A stretch of DNA of 64,000 bases from Candidatus Obscuribacteraceae bacterium (GTDB lineage: Bacteria > Cyanobacteriota > Vampirovibrionia > Obscuribacterales > Obscuribacteraceae), in NCBI GenBank assembly GCA_044229845.1, contig JBGASG010000001.1, positions 608,001-672,000 on the forward strand. The letters run 5' to 3'. Numbering within the stretch: the first letter of the stretch is position 1; the number at the start of each line of letters is the position of its first letter. A program made the position numbers and the translations under genes. Positions 28,313-38,447 of this stretch are shown here, in pieces. The notes beneath the pieces are model-generated. The model ran no database searches. It saw only the letters and a list, made by a program, of their open reading frames with translations, and was not told the origin of the DNA.

Positions 28313-31138
28313 ATGAGAGCCGGAAGCGTTATCAAGTTTCGGAGATCCTTGACCGTTGCCCTTTTGGCCAGCCTTGCGGTTGTCAGTTTCCCGACGCATG
28401 CGCAAGCGGTTGACATCCAGAATATTCTGATCACGCTTGCCGACGTCGACGCGCGCGAAGCCCAGCTGGAGAAACGCATCGCCGATGCGCTCAGCTCCGG
28501 GCGTCTGACCGCCACGGAAGCCGGCGGCTTCAAACGCGAACTGGACCGCATTCAAGAAAATGAAGCCAGCTATCGTGCCACCAACGGATTGAGCACGTGG
28601 GAGTTGCTCAGGCTGACGCTTGACCTGGATACTCTGAGCAAATCTCTGGAAGGGCAGATGCGTGACCGCCAGGTCGCATCCCGTGATGTATCCGCCCGCA
28701 TGCAGGATATTGACCGCCGCGTCAAAGAAGGACAGACGACGCGCCGTCTCTCCGATGCGGAAGTGGAACAGCTGCGGCGAGAACTGAGTCGTATCTCCGG
28801 CATTGAGACGCAATTCCGTGCGGACGGTCAACTTTCAGCCGATGAGGCGCTGTCGCTTTCGCTGGACCTGGACCGATTAAGCGCCCGCCTGGAAAGACAG
28901 CTGTCCGACCGTGACACCACTATTCCCGATCTGGACAACCGGTTGGTGGAAGTCACCAAGTCGGTCGACGATGGTGTGGCATCCGGCAAGCTGACGGCAT
29001 CGCAGTCCGCCGAGTTCAAGACCGAGCTTGCGCGTCTGCAGTCACTCAAAAAAATGTATCAGGAAAGCGGCGGCGTGCTGACCATGGAAGAAGCACTACA
29101 GGTGGGGCTCGATCTCGATCGTCTGGCGTCGCGGATCGAACTGATTATGACGCCGCCACTGGTGGCAACAGACGTCGATGCCAGACAAGCCGATCTCGAT
29201 CACCGCATCGCCAACGGTATCACGCTGGGACGCCTGACTCCGCAAGAGGCAGTCGAACTGCAAAAGGAATTCGATCGCATCGCCACTCTGGAAGCGACAT
29301 TGAGAGCTTCCGGCAATCAGCTCACTTACGAGGAGAGCGTCACATTATCTCTCGATCTGGAAAGACTGGCTTCCAGAATCGAGCGGGCGTTGCACGAACC
29401 GAACCAGTCCTGGATGGGAACCTCCAGCATGCAAGCAGCGTTGTCCCGGCGCATTTCCGAAGCGCAGTCCGCAGGCCGTTTGACCCAGCAGGAGGCAGCC
29501 GATCTGCGCCGCGAGTTCGAGCGCCTGGCTGCCGTTGAGGCTGCGCAGCGCAGTTCGGCAGATGGACTGACCACCAATGAAGCACTGCTTATGGCGATCG
29601 ACTTTTCCAGACTCTCATCCAAGATAGATCGCACCTTGCACGACCGCGATATTTCAGTGCCGCCTTTCGATACCCGCCAGTCCGAAGTCGACAAGCGAAT
29701 CGCCGAAGGTGTCTCCACCGGCAAACTGACGCCGGGGCAGGCGCGCGATTTGAAATCTGAATTCGACAGAATCGCAGCGGTCGAGGCATCGTATCTGGTA
29801 TCGGATAGCCGTTTGGACAGCCGCGAGTTGCTGCAGTTGTCTTACGACCTTGAAAAGCTGGCCGCACTGTCCGAGCGCATGATCAAAGACAGCCAGACCA
29901 CCGAAGGGCTGCCTGCTCTGCGCACTAAAGTCGAGCAATCAATCACCGGCGGTTACGCCAGTGGTGCTCTGTCGCCGACCGATCGCTCCAACTTTATGAG
30001 TGAATACGAGCGCATCAAGAATGCCGAGCAAACTTATCGCTCGTCCGGTGACATGCTCTCCACAGATGAAGCTCTGATTCTGGTTGCCGACCTCAATAAG
30101 CTGTTCACGCAGGTGGAGGCGGAAGCCAAACAAAATGTAGTCGCTCTGCCCAATCTGGAAAAGCGGCGTAGCGAACTGGAAGACCGGATCAACAAGGGAC
30201 TGACCACCGGCTATTTGACGGTGAATGAGGCTCGCATGCTGCGCGCCGACCTGGACCGCATCGCCGCTGAAGAAGAAAAAGATCGGCGTTCGGACGGCGG
30301 ATTGAGTTATGGTGAGTCGATCGACCTGGCCCTGCAACTGGAGCGGCTGGCGAGCCGCATCGAGCGCCAGATGCGCGATCAACAGATTGCCCTGCCCAAT
30401 ATCGACAATCGCCTCCATGCATTGGAGATGCAGATTGCGGCGGCGCTGGTATCGGGGCGGCTGACCTCGCAGGAAGCACAAACGCTGCGAGTCGGGCTGG
30501 ATGAGGTGATAACTCTGGCGTCGCGCTACAAGCAGAGCGGCGGCGGATTAAGTTATGCAGAGACGGTCGCTCTCACGGGTGATATCGATCGTCTCAGCCG
30601 CGACATTCAGCGTTCACTGCAGAGCAAGCAGTCGACCGGCGAAGATCTGGACAGCCGCCAGGCAAATCTGGAGAAACGTATAAATGATGGGCTGAAGTCG
30701 CGGCGCATCAACATCGCCACTGCTCGCGACCTTCTAAGCGATCTCGATCGTGTTGCGGAGAGCGAAGCCTCTTTTCGCATTTCGGATGAGGGCATCGATT
30801 ATATGGAAGCCTTGACCCTCTCCCTCGACCTCGATCGGGTGCAGACGAAAATCGATCGAGCGCTGGTTGGCGCCTCCAACTTGCCTGCCGGCGGACCCGG
30901 CATAGACGCCCGCAAGTCACATCTGTCCCGCAGGTTGCGTACCGGTATCGAGACGGGACGAATCTCGGCCCGCGAGGCAGCCAGTCTGGATGCGGAATTG
31001 AAGCGGATCGACCGCCTGCAAGCCTCCTACCTGGCTAAGGGCAAGCTCACCTCGGCGGACATTTCGTCTCTTTCGGCGGAGCTGGATCGTTTGAGCGCCA
31101 GGATTGAGCAACAGTTCGTCTACCGGACTGCAAGATAA
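28313..31138 (+). CDS. Secreted protein with 11 tandem ~81-aa helical repeats
   Basis: GGAGAGG RBS and signal peptide (..THAQA); unit consensus D.RQ..L..RI..G..SG.LT..EA..L..E.DRI...EA....S.G.L...EAL.L.LDLDRL...IE. Confidence 0.9.
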   Translation: MRAGSVIKFRRSLTVALLASLAVVSFPTHAQAVDIQNILITLADVDAREAQLEKRIADALSSGRLTATEAGGFKRELDRIQENEASYRATNGLSTWELLRLTLDLDTLSKSLEGQMRDRQVASRDVSARMQDIDRRVKEGQTTRRLSDAEVEQLRRELSRISGIETQFRADGQLSADEALSLSLDLDRLSARLERQLSDRDTTIPDLDNRLVEVTKSVDDGVASGKLTASQSAEFKTELARLQSLKKMYQESGGVLTMEEALQVGLDLDRLASRIELIMTPPLVATDVDARQADLDHRIANGITLGRLTPQEAVELQKEFDRIATLEATLRASGNQLTYEESVTLSLDLERLASRIERALHEPNQSWMGTSSMQAALSRRISEAQSAGRLTQQEAADLRREFERLAAVEAAQRSSADGLTTNEALLMAIDFSRLSSKIDRTLHDRDISVPPFDTRQSEVDKRIAEGVSTGKLTPGQARDLKSEFDRIAAVEASYLVSDSRLDSRELLQLSYDLEKLAALSERMIKDSQTTEGLPALRTKVEQSITGGYASGALSPTDRSNFMSEYERIKNAEQTYRSSGDMLSTDEALILVADLNKLFTQVEAEAKQNVVALPNLEKRRSELEDRINKGLTTGYLTVNEARMLRADLDRIAAEEEKDRRSDGGLSYGESIDLALQLERLASRIERQMRDQQIALPNIDNRLHALEMQIAAALVSGRLTSQEAQTLRVGLDEVITLASRYKQSGGGLSYAETVALTGDIDRLSRDIQRSLQSKQSTGEDLDSRQANLEKRINDGLKSRRINIATARDLLSDLDRVAESEASFRISDEGIDYMEALTLSLDLDRVQTKIDRALVGASNLPAGGPGIDARKSHLSRRLRTGIETGRISAREAASLDAELKRIDRLQASYLAKGKLTSADISSLSAELDRLSARIEQQFVYRTAR

Positions 31139-31360
31139 AATATACTGACATCTCTCTCGACGCGAAAATTCTGTAAATGCTGCGCCTGCTTAGAATGCAG
31201 GCTATGAGAGACGTGCGGACGGCAAAAATTTGCGCCGAATCGTGCTTTTTTTTCTTCCGTATCCCGCATAGAATAAGGATGATCACAAAACCGTCACTTT
31301 TGTCGCCGGGGTGCTTGAAAACCCCAAAAATATGGATCCCCTTGCAACGGTTTCAGCGAG

Positions 31361-31690
31361 ATGCACAAAGAATTGAGAGAAAAACCTGCCGATGCCGATC
31401 CGCTCCTCGCCGGTGTAAGCCGTGCGATTCAAGAGCGTCGGGAAGAAATCGGACTTTCGCAAGAAGAGGTCGCCCACAGAGCGGGGCTGCACCGTACCTA
31501 TATAAGTGATATCGAACGCGGCGCGCGTAACCCATCGTTGAAAACGCTGTCTCGCCTGTCAGAGGCGCTTGAAGTGCCCACTTCAACCTTGATCAGACGT
31601 GGCGAAGACCGCATGCCTACGGTTCTGCGTCCGGCAGCTGCTGCACAGGCGTCTGCCGCTCCGGCTCCACAACTCAGCGATGCCGGTTAA
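31361..31690 (+). CDS. XRE-family HTH transcriptional regulator
   Basis: GLSQEEVAHRAGLHRTYISDIERGARNPSL. Confidence 0.92.
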   Translation: MHKELREKPADADPLLAGVSRAIQERREEIGLSQEEVAHRAGLHRTYISDIERGARNPSLKTLSRLSEALEVPTSTLIRRGEDRMPTVLRPAAAAQASAAPAPQLSDAG

Positions 31691-32292
31691 GTTTCAACCT
31701 TGACGCTGAACTCGACGTTCTTCTTCAGGTACTGAACGACCTGGCGCCACGCCTGCGCCCGGTGTGACAGCTTGTTTTTCTCGTCCGGACTCAGTTCGGC
31801 CGCGGTTACCTGACGATTGTTGGGCAGAAAGATCGGGTCGTAGCCGAAGCCGTTTTCGCCGCGTGCCTGCATGGCGATCGTGCCTTCCCAGGCTCTTATC
31901 GACGAATAAGCAACTTCGCCGTCCGGTGTGCACACAACCATGGCGCACATGAAAGCGGCTTGTCGCTTGCTCTCCGGCACACCTTGAAGTTCTTCGAGAA
32001 TCTTGTTGGAGCGGTCGGCATCGGTGCCTTCTATATAGCGTGCCGACTTGATGCCGGGACGTCCGTTCAGTGCTTCAATGATCAGTCCCGAGTCGTCGGC
32101 GACGGAGGTCATGCCCGACGCCAGTGCGGCAGCTTTGGCTTTGATGCGGGCGTTTTCGACGAAGGTGGTGCCGGTTTCTTTCGGGTTGAAACCGTCCGGT
32201 GCCAGCTGTAATTCCAACCAGGGTTCCTCGCCGGCCAGCTCGGAAAACTCGCGCAGCTTGTTCTGATTGTTGGTGGCGATGACGACTCTCAT
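31687..32292 (-). CDS. rdgB: dITP/XTP pyrophosphatase (HAM1 family)
   Basis: ATNNQNK, ETGTTFVENARIKA, ADDSGL, GFGYDPIF and KNKLSHR. Confidence 0.97.
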   Translation of the reverse strand: MRVVIATNNQNKLREFSELAGEEPWLELQLAPDGFNPKETGTTFVENARIKAKAAALASGMTSVADDSGLIIEALNGRPGIKSARYIEGTDADRSNKILEELQGVPESKRQAAFMCAMVVCTPDGEVAYSSIRAWEGTIAMQARGENGFGYDPIFLPNNRQVTAAELSPDEKNKLSHRAQAWRQVVQYLKKNVEFSVKVET

Positions 32293-34724
32293 TCGCGCGA
32301 TTTTGAGTTGAACCTCTTGGCGCCGCCTTTGGGAAGCTCAGCCACATTGTTGCGTGCCGCTCTGGTGGCTGTTCGCTTGCGATGATTCTGCCGCTGCACG
32401 TGCAGCACATCGCTTATTTGTCCGATCACATTCGAGATGTGGTTCAGGTGATTGATGTCTTTGACGTCGAGAATCAAATGAATGGTGGCGGTGCGCTGCT
32501 GTGGATGGGTCTCCACGCGCAGGTCGCTCAAGTTGACGTTGTTGTCGGAGACTTTTTTCAAGATATCACTGGCGATACCAACGCGATCGAGGCATTCCAC
32601 TTGCAGGTAAGCCGGGTAGTTGCTGCCCTGCTCTTTCGACCAGTCAAGTTCCATCTGCCGGTCTTTCTCGACCCGCAGGAGATTGACGCAGTCGTCGCGG
32701 TGGACGGCGATGCCGGAGCCGCGTGTGACAACGCCGAGAATCGCTTCGCCTGGCACCGGCGAGCAGCACTGAGCCAGATGGTGCAGCAAACCGCTCAGGC
32801 TGGAGACATTGCTTTGCTTGCGTTGTTCCGCCGGCAGCGGGGAGAAACTGACTTCTTTCTTCTTATCTGCCTGTTCTTGCTCGCGAATGCGGTTGGCAAT
32901 TTGCGAAATGGACAGATCGCCGTAGCCGAGCGCCGCCAGAATGTCATCCGGATCGCTGATATTCAGCTTGCGGCCGGCTTCTCTGAACTTGTCGGAACGC
33001 AGCAGATCGTCAAAACCGGCTTTGCCGAATTCAGCTTCCAGCATTGACCGGCCCTGCTGAATGTGTTCTTCACGGTGGTGTTTCTTGAACCACTGACGAA
33101 TGCGACTCTTGGCTGAATGGGTCTTGGCGATGTTGAGCCAGTCCAGACGCGGGTGAGCGTTTTTGGAGGTGATGATTTCGACAATGTCGCCGTTTTTCAA
33201 AGACGTGGTCAGCGGCACGATGCGGTCGTTGACGCGGGCTCCGGTGCAATGATTGCCCACTTCGGTGTGGACGCGATAAGCGAAATCGATGGGAGTCGAT
33301 GTGGTCGGCAAATCGAATACATCGCCGGCCGGACTGAATACGAACACCTCGTCCTGGAAGAGGTCCATCTTCACCGTGTCGAGGTATTCACGCGCATCTT
33401 TGAGGTCTGCCTGCCATTCGACGAGTTGGCGCAGCCAGCCCAGTTTTCTTTCCGATTGCGAATCGGAAATCACAGAAGAGCCTGATTCTTTGTATTTCCA
33501 GTGCGCGGCGATACCGTACTCGGCCACGTGGTGCATGCGTCGCGTACGAATTTGAATTTCGATCGGTTTACCGGAAGGTCCCATGATTGCCGTGTGCAGC
33601 GATTGATAGCTGTTCGGCTTGGGCATGGCGATGTAGTCTTTGAAGCGTCCGGGAATCGGGCGGAACACAGAGTGCACCATGCCCATCACTTCGTAGCACT
33701 TCTGCGTGTCGGGATCCGACGCTAGTTCGCAGTAGTTTTTGTCCTCGTCGCTGTCGATAATGACGCGTACAGCCAGAAGATCGTAGAGTTCTTCATAGAC
33801 TTTCGCCTGCGTCTTCATCTTTTTCCAGATGCCGAACAGGTGTTTCGGGCGGCCGAAAATTTCCGCCCGGATGTTCTTCGCTTCCAGCTCGGTGTGCAGT
33901 TTCTCAACTACTTCATTGATCAATGCTTCGCGATCAGTGCGTGTGTGCGCCACCAATTCTTCGATGTTGGTGAATTCATCGGGATGCAGATAGCGCAGAC
34001 TGAGATCTTCCAGTTCCCACTTGATGCGTCCCAAACCGAATCGGTTGGCCAGCGGCGCGTAAATCTCCAGAGTCTCCTGGGCGATCTCGGCTTGCTTGGT
34101 CGGTTTCATGTAATCGAGCGTGCGCATGTTGTGCAGGCGATCGCAAAGTTTAACCAGCACGACTCTGACGTCTTCAGCGATAGCCACGATCAGCTTGCGG
34201 AAGTTTTCCGCCTGCCGCTCTTCCTTTGATGAGAAACTGAATTTGCCCAGTTTCGTCACGCCTTCGACGATCTTGCGAATCTCGGCGCCGAAGTGCTGCT
34301 CCATCTCTTTGGCCTTGACGTCGCAGTCTTCCAGAACATCGTGCAAAAGTCCGGAGGCGATGGTGGCGACGTCGGCGTTCAACTCGGCAAGCAGCGTCGC
34401 CACTTCGGTCGGGTGAATGATGTACGGATCGTCGGACTTGCGCATTTGCCCGTCGTGACATTTGAAGGCAAACTCGTAAGCACTACGGATGGTATCAATG
34501 TCTTCCTGGCTGCGATTGAGCTTGCGCAGCACTTCGAAAAGCGGTTCGCCGATAGTTTCCAGCGATTTCTGTTTTTCGGGTGAGAGAACCATTTCCCATT
34601 TCGGCGTCTTACACTGAGCGCTGTCTTTGTCGGCAGCCGTCGGATGCTCAGTAGACGAGGGCGCCAACTGGGGTGGCGTTATGGCTGGTTGTGCGGAGTC
34701 AGGTTTGGGCTTCGCTTTGGCCAT
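32289..34724 (-). CDS. rel: Bifunctional (p)ppGpp synthetase/hydrolase
   Basis: HD domain (YIIHP, LLHDVLED, DRLHNMRT), synthetase (GRPKH, YQSLHT, EIQIRT, AAHWKYKE), TGS, CC and ACT domains. Confidence 0.97.
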   Translation of the reverse strand: MAKAKPKPDSAQPAITPPQLAPSSTEHPTAADKDSAQCKTPKWEMVLSPEKQKSLETIGEPLFEVLRKLNRSQEDIDTIRSAYEFAFKCHDGQMRKSDDPYIIHPTEVATLLAELNADVATIASGLLHDVLEDCDVKAKEMEQHFGAEIRKIVEGVTKLGKFSFSSKEERQAENFRKLIVAIAEDVRVVLVKLCDRLHNMRTLDYMKPTKQAEIAQETLEIYAPLANRFGLGRIKWELEDLSLRYLHPDEFTNIEELVAHTRTDREALINEVVEKLHTELEAKNIRAEIFGRPKHLFGIWKKMKTQAKVYEELYDLLAVRVIIDSDEDKNYCELASDPDTQKCYEVMGMVHSVFRPIPGRFKDYIAMPKPNSYQSLHTAIMGPSGKPIEIQIRTRRMHHVAEYGIAAHWKYKESGSSVISDSQSERKLGWLRQLVEWQADLKDAREYLDTVKMDLFQDEVFVFSPAGDVFDLPTTSTPIDFAYRVHTEVGNHCTGARVNDRIVPLTTSLKNGDIVEIITSKNAHPRLDWLNIAKTHSAKSRIRQWFKKHHREEHIQQGRSMLEAEFGKAGFDDLLRSDKFREAGRKLNISDPDDILAALGYGDLSISQIANRIREQEQADKKKEVSFSPLPAEQRKQSNVSSLSGLLHHLAQCCSPVPGEAILGVVTRGSGIAVHRDDCVNLLRVEKDRQMELDWSKEQGSNYPAYLQVECLDRVGIASDILKKVSDNNVNLSDLRVETHPQQRTATIHLILDVKDINHLNHISNVIGQISDVLHVQRQNHRKRTATRAARNNVAELPKGGAKRFNSKSRE

Positions 34725-34894
34725 CGACTGGCAGTGCCTTTCGGTCCTGGGAAATGCATATGTCTCAAGAAAACGCAGTACCTTCGCCCGGGTCGCTCGC
34801 TAAGCTGTCGAGAGAAGATCCACGAAATTTAATGAAGATTATACATTTGGCCCCGTCCAACTCCAATAAGAAGTTGCGGGATTGAAACACGGCG

Positions 34895-35752
34895 CTAGTG
34901 CGGCGGTTGCGTATTGAATGCGTTGCCGAACGGATTGCCCTGCGGGCCCCAGTAGTCGCGCGGTCCAGGCTCGCTCTGGGGCACGGTTACAGGCAATGTG
35001 CTGGGCGAGGTCTGGGCGTAATAGCTGCCCGAAGCGGTCGAGTCGACCGTGGAAGGGGCGTAGTAGTTGCCCGATGGCTTGCTGGGCTGTAGCTGATACA
35101 CGGCCGGGCGTCCCATGTTTCCCATGTCGTACATGTTGTTGGCAGGGCGCCAGGCATTGCCGAAACTGGCACCGCCGCCGCCTGGAAACGGGCTCCAGCC
35201 GCCATATCCACCCATGGAAGAAACGCCCGGAACGCTCGGGATGCCGCCGAAGCCGCCCAGTGGCGAGCCGCCGGTGAAACCGCGAAGCAGCGATGACAAT
35301 CCCAGGGATGGCATACCGCCGCCCAGGGCGCCCAGAGACCAACCCGGCTGTCCCAGTCCCGGCATCTGTTGCCCGGAGCCGCCGTACCAGGCGCCGGCCT
35401 GTCGGGGATTAAAACTGAAATCGCCCGGCTGGGGGTTGCTGTAAAGCTCGAGTGGGCGCTGATAAACAGGCGGCATGAAAGTCTGGGGCACCACAATCGT
35501 GCCCGACTGCCCGCCTGCCTGCCCGTAGTAGTTGCCACTGTAGTCGCCGGTCACCGCTGCTCCTGAGGGAGCCGACAAACCTCGGTCTGCGGCACCCGCT
35601 TTTTGTTCGCTCTTTACGAAACGCTCCCAGATCTGCTGGTCGCGCGCATCGGCTCCGACCGGGGCGCCGTCGTCCGCATGCACGGGGGCGACCGCCGATA
35701 ATGCGGTCAACGAAAAAAGTAGGGCGAGTGGCGATCTGACTCTCACGCTCAT
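34895..35752 (-). CDS. Secreted Gly/Pro/Tyr-rich low-complexity protein
   Basis: RBS GAGGAGG and signal peptide (..PVHA-DD); mature region dominated by G, P, S, Q, N and Y. Confidence 0.8.
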   Translation of the reverse strand: MSVRVRSPLALLFSLTALSAVAPVHADDGAPVGADARDQQIWERFVKSEQKAGAADRGLSAPSGAAVTGDYSGNYYGQAGGQSGTIVVPQTFMPPVYQRPLELYSNPQPGDFSFNPRQAGAWYGGSGQQMPGLGQPGWSLGALGGGMPSLGLSSLLRGFTGGSPLGGFGGIPSVPGVSSMGGYGGWSPFPGGGGASFGNAWRPANNMYDMGNMGRPAVYQLQPSKPSGNYYAPSTVDSTASGSYYAQTSPSTLPVTVPQSEPGPRDYWGPQGNPFGNAFNTQPPH

Positions 35753-35799
35753 TCCTCCTCAGACCTGCCCGGGCACTATTTTCATATGCCCGGTTTGGT

Positions 35800-36780
35800 C
35801 TATTTTGCGGTCGAGGCTTTGGCGCCTGCCTTCACTTCGGTTTGCTGGCGACTGCCCTCATAGACCGGCGTCAGCCACTTCGAGTATTTGGGCACCTTGC
35901 CTTTGCAGATATCCAGATACATGTCGGTGATCTTGGTCGAAACCTCACCGGCTTTGCCTGTGCCGACCGGGCGCTTATCGACTTCGACAATCGGTGCGAT
36001 TTGCGCGCCGGTGCCGCAGAAGAAAAGCTCATCGGCGGTGTAGAGCTCGCTGCGATCGACGGTGCGTGTCACCGTTTTCAGCCCCAACTCTGCTTCAGCA
36101 AACTCCATGATCGAAGCCCGCGTGATGCCTTCCAGAATATTCTCGGAAATGGGCGTTGTGATCAGATGTCCGCGCTTGACCATAAACAGATTCATCGCGC
36201 TGCCTTCCGAGACATGTCCGTTTTCGGACAGCACGATGCACTCGTCAAAGCCGGCGAGAATGGCATCGGTTTTGGCAAGCGCAGTGTTGGCATACGCGCC
36301 GACAATTTTTGCGCGCGCCGGAATCGCGTTGTCTTCAACGCGGCGCCAACTCGAAACCTGTACTTTCAATCCACCGGCACCATGGAAGTAATCGCCGAAA
36401 CCGACGGTGAACATGCAGAACTCAGTGGGGTTATTTTCCAGGCTGGGTCCGATGCGAACTCCCGCTTTGTAAGCCGCTGGACGTATGTAGGTGTCACCGG
36501 TGGGTGCATTCTTGCGCAGCAGTTCGACGGTCAGACGACACAACTCGTCGACCGAATATTTGACTTCCAGATGCATGATTTTCATGCTGTCCATCATGCG
36601 CTCGAAGTGTTCGCGCAGGCGGAATACGTACATCTCTTCGTGTTCTTTGTTGTAGTAACCGCGAATGCCTTCAAAGACAGCGGTGCCATACATGAACGCG
36701 CTGCACATGATGTTGACGTTCGCTTCTTCCAGGGGCACGAAGTTGCCTTTGAAAAAGGCGTAGTGTTTGGCTTGCGTCAA
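35800..36780 (-). CDS. ilvE: Branched-chain amino acid aminotransferase
   Basis: YGTAVFEGIRGY, FRLREH, AKIVGAY (PLP Lys), SEGSAMNLF, LEGITR and FFCGTGAQI. Confidence 0.96.
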   Translation of the reverse strand: MTQAKHYAFFKGNFVPLEEANVNIMCSAFMYGTAVFEGIRGYYNKEHEEMYVFRLREHFERMMDSMKIMHLEVKYSVDELCRLTVELLRKNAPTGDTYIRPAAYKAGVRIGPSLENNPTEFCMFTVGFGDYFHGAGGLKVQVSSWRRVEDNAIPARAKIVGAYANTALAKTDAILAGFDECIVLSENGHVSEGSAMNLFMVKRGHLITTPISENILEGITRASIMEFAEAELGLKTVTRTVDRSELYTADELFFCGTGAQIAPIVEVDKRPVGTGKAGEVSTKITDMYLDICKGKVPKYSKWLTPVYEGSRQQTEVKAGAKASTAK

Positions 36781-36811
36781 GACCTGGTCTCCTCTGCGGG
36801 TTTAGGGGTGA

Positions 36812-37270
36812 TTAGTCGGATAGCTGTTCGCGGCAAAACTTGATGCGGTCAGAGACCGAATTGCGCTTTGTGGAGGTGGGCACAATCTGCAAATACTTTT
36901 CGAAGTTGTCTGCGGCCTGCGCATACTCCTTATCGATTTGCTGGATGGAAGCCAGCTCGTAATACGCTTCTCCACCACCTGGATCAAGTTGAATCGAGCG
37001 CTGGAATTCGCCCTTTGCTTCGCCGGTTTTGCCTTTCTTTTTGAGAGCCATGCCCAGGCAGATGTGAGGCGGACCGGCTTCTGGATTTTTGCCGATGATC
37101 TCGCTCAGAATGGCGATCGCTTTATCGGGATCACCGCGCTCGATCCAGTCGTACGAAGGCTTCAACTTGCTATCCCAGTCAATCACTTTCGATTTCTTGG
37201 CGACGGCTGTCGAAGAGGAAAGAGCGAGAATGACGAGCAGGGTAAACAGGACTCTGGCGAATTTCAGCAT
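36812..37270 (-). CDS. Small secreted TPR protein
   Basis: Signal peptide (..AVA) and about three TPR units. Confidence 0.85.
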   Translation of the reverse strand: MLKFARVLFTLLVILALSSSTAVAKKSKVIDWDSKLKPSYDWIERGDPDKAIAILSEIIGKNPEAGPPHICLGMALKKKGKTGEAKGEFQRSIQLDPGGGEAYYELASIQQIDKEYAQAADNFEKYLQIVPTSTKRNSVSDRIKFCREQLSD

Positions 37271-37291
37271 TGGTTCTCCTGTCTGACTTGG

Positions 37292-37323
37292 AAAAAACCG
37301 GGGCGACTTGCGCCGCCCCTTTT
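37292..37323 (-). terminator. Rho-independent terminator (possibly bidirectional)
   Basis: GGGGCG..CGCCCC stem with T-runs downstream on both strands. Confidence 0.6.
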
Positions 37324-37337
37324 GTTTGAGTTTCCTA

Positions 37338-38360
37338 TTACTTGGCGCCGCCGTTCAGGATGACGGCCGACACATCTGTGGTCACCTTCTTCACGGTATC
37401 ACCGACCACGGCGCTGCCTTTGGTGAGAGTGCCGGTCGACATGTCAGGCTCGGCGGAATCGATATGAATGATGGCGACAGTGTTGGTGAGCGTTTTCAAA
37501 ACGCGTCCCGAAGCAGGATCCTTGACGGTCTTGTAAGCGCGTTCGACCTGGTAGTTATCGCCGGCCACTACGCCGTTTTTCTTGCCGACGTTGAGAATGA
37601 CCGTTCTGCCAGTGACGTCGGCTATCTTGCCTTCGACGTTTTGCGCGGCCAGCGACTGGTTGTCCGGGACTTTGGTGGAAGCGGCAACGAACTGGTCGGC
37701 GATGGCTTTTACGGCTTGCATGGTAGCCTCGCCGGCGATCGACGTGGCGAAGCCCGACATGTCATCACCGCTGGAGACACCCATGAAGGAACCGCCGCCG
37801 CTGCTGCGGGTGGATTCGCCGCTGCCCTGTCCGGCAGCCAGTACTTCCATGGTGTTGACGTCGATCATGCGAGCATCGACGGTGACATGGCAGCGACCTT
37901 TCGACTTGCGGCTGCTGAAGCCGCCGCCCAAGAAGCCGCCGACATAAGGGATATAGCCGGTTGGCAGACCGCTGACGCCAACGTTTTTGCTCTGGTTTTC
38001 GAAGCCGAATTGTGTGATCGTGCCGGTAATCATGGCGTCCACGCCCAGGATTTTACCGATCTTGGCGGCGGTTGTCGGGTCGCAGCGATCGCTGGTCGAC
38101 AGATTTTGCTCCTTCAGTACGGCGTCAAGCATCTGTCTGTCCACGATCGAGTAGGTTCCGTCATTGACGAGCAAGGTCACCAGCGAGCTGGTTACACCTT
38201 TGCTGACGTCGGCGGTGCTGACTTCGGTACTGACGCTGCCCACTTCAAAGGGCATGACAGCGACGCGCCGCTTCGAACCTGCCAAAGCCGGCGAATTCAG
38301 CAAGAGTCCTGCCACCATCAGTAGCGCCATCAACAAGGCACTGCTTTTGCGCACTTTCAT
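37338..38360 (-). CDS. CsgG/HfaB-family protein with FlgT-C-like C-terminal domain
   Basis: RRVAVMPF, YSIVDRQMLDAVLKEQNL, AAKIGKILGVDAMITGTITQF and VDARMIDVNT; C-terminal VILNVGKKNGVVAGD. Confidence 0.85.
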   Translation of the reverse strand: MKVRKSSALLMALLMVAGLLLNSPALAGSKRRVAVMPFEVGSVSTEVSTADVSKGVTSSLVTLLVNDGTYSIVDRQMLDAVLKEQNLSTSDRCDPTTAAKIGKILGVDAMITGTITQFGFENQSKNVGVSGLPTGYIPYVGGFLGGGFSSRKSKGRCHVTVDARMIDVNTMEVLAAGQGSGESTRSSGGGSFMGVSSGDDMSGFATSIAGEATMQAVKAIADQFVAASTKVPDNQSLAAQNVEGKIADVTGRTVILNVGKKNGVVAGDNYQVERAYKTVKDPASGRVLKTLTNTVAIIHIDSAEPDMSTGTLTKGSAVVGDTVKKVTTDVSAVILNGGAK

Positions 38361-38447
38361 GTCTCTCTCCTCAAATATTTCTCAGCTTTAATTCAAGTCT
38401 TGAGTAGCTCATATTGTATCCACAATGCGAGCCCACCGGGCCGTTCA

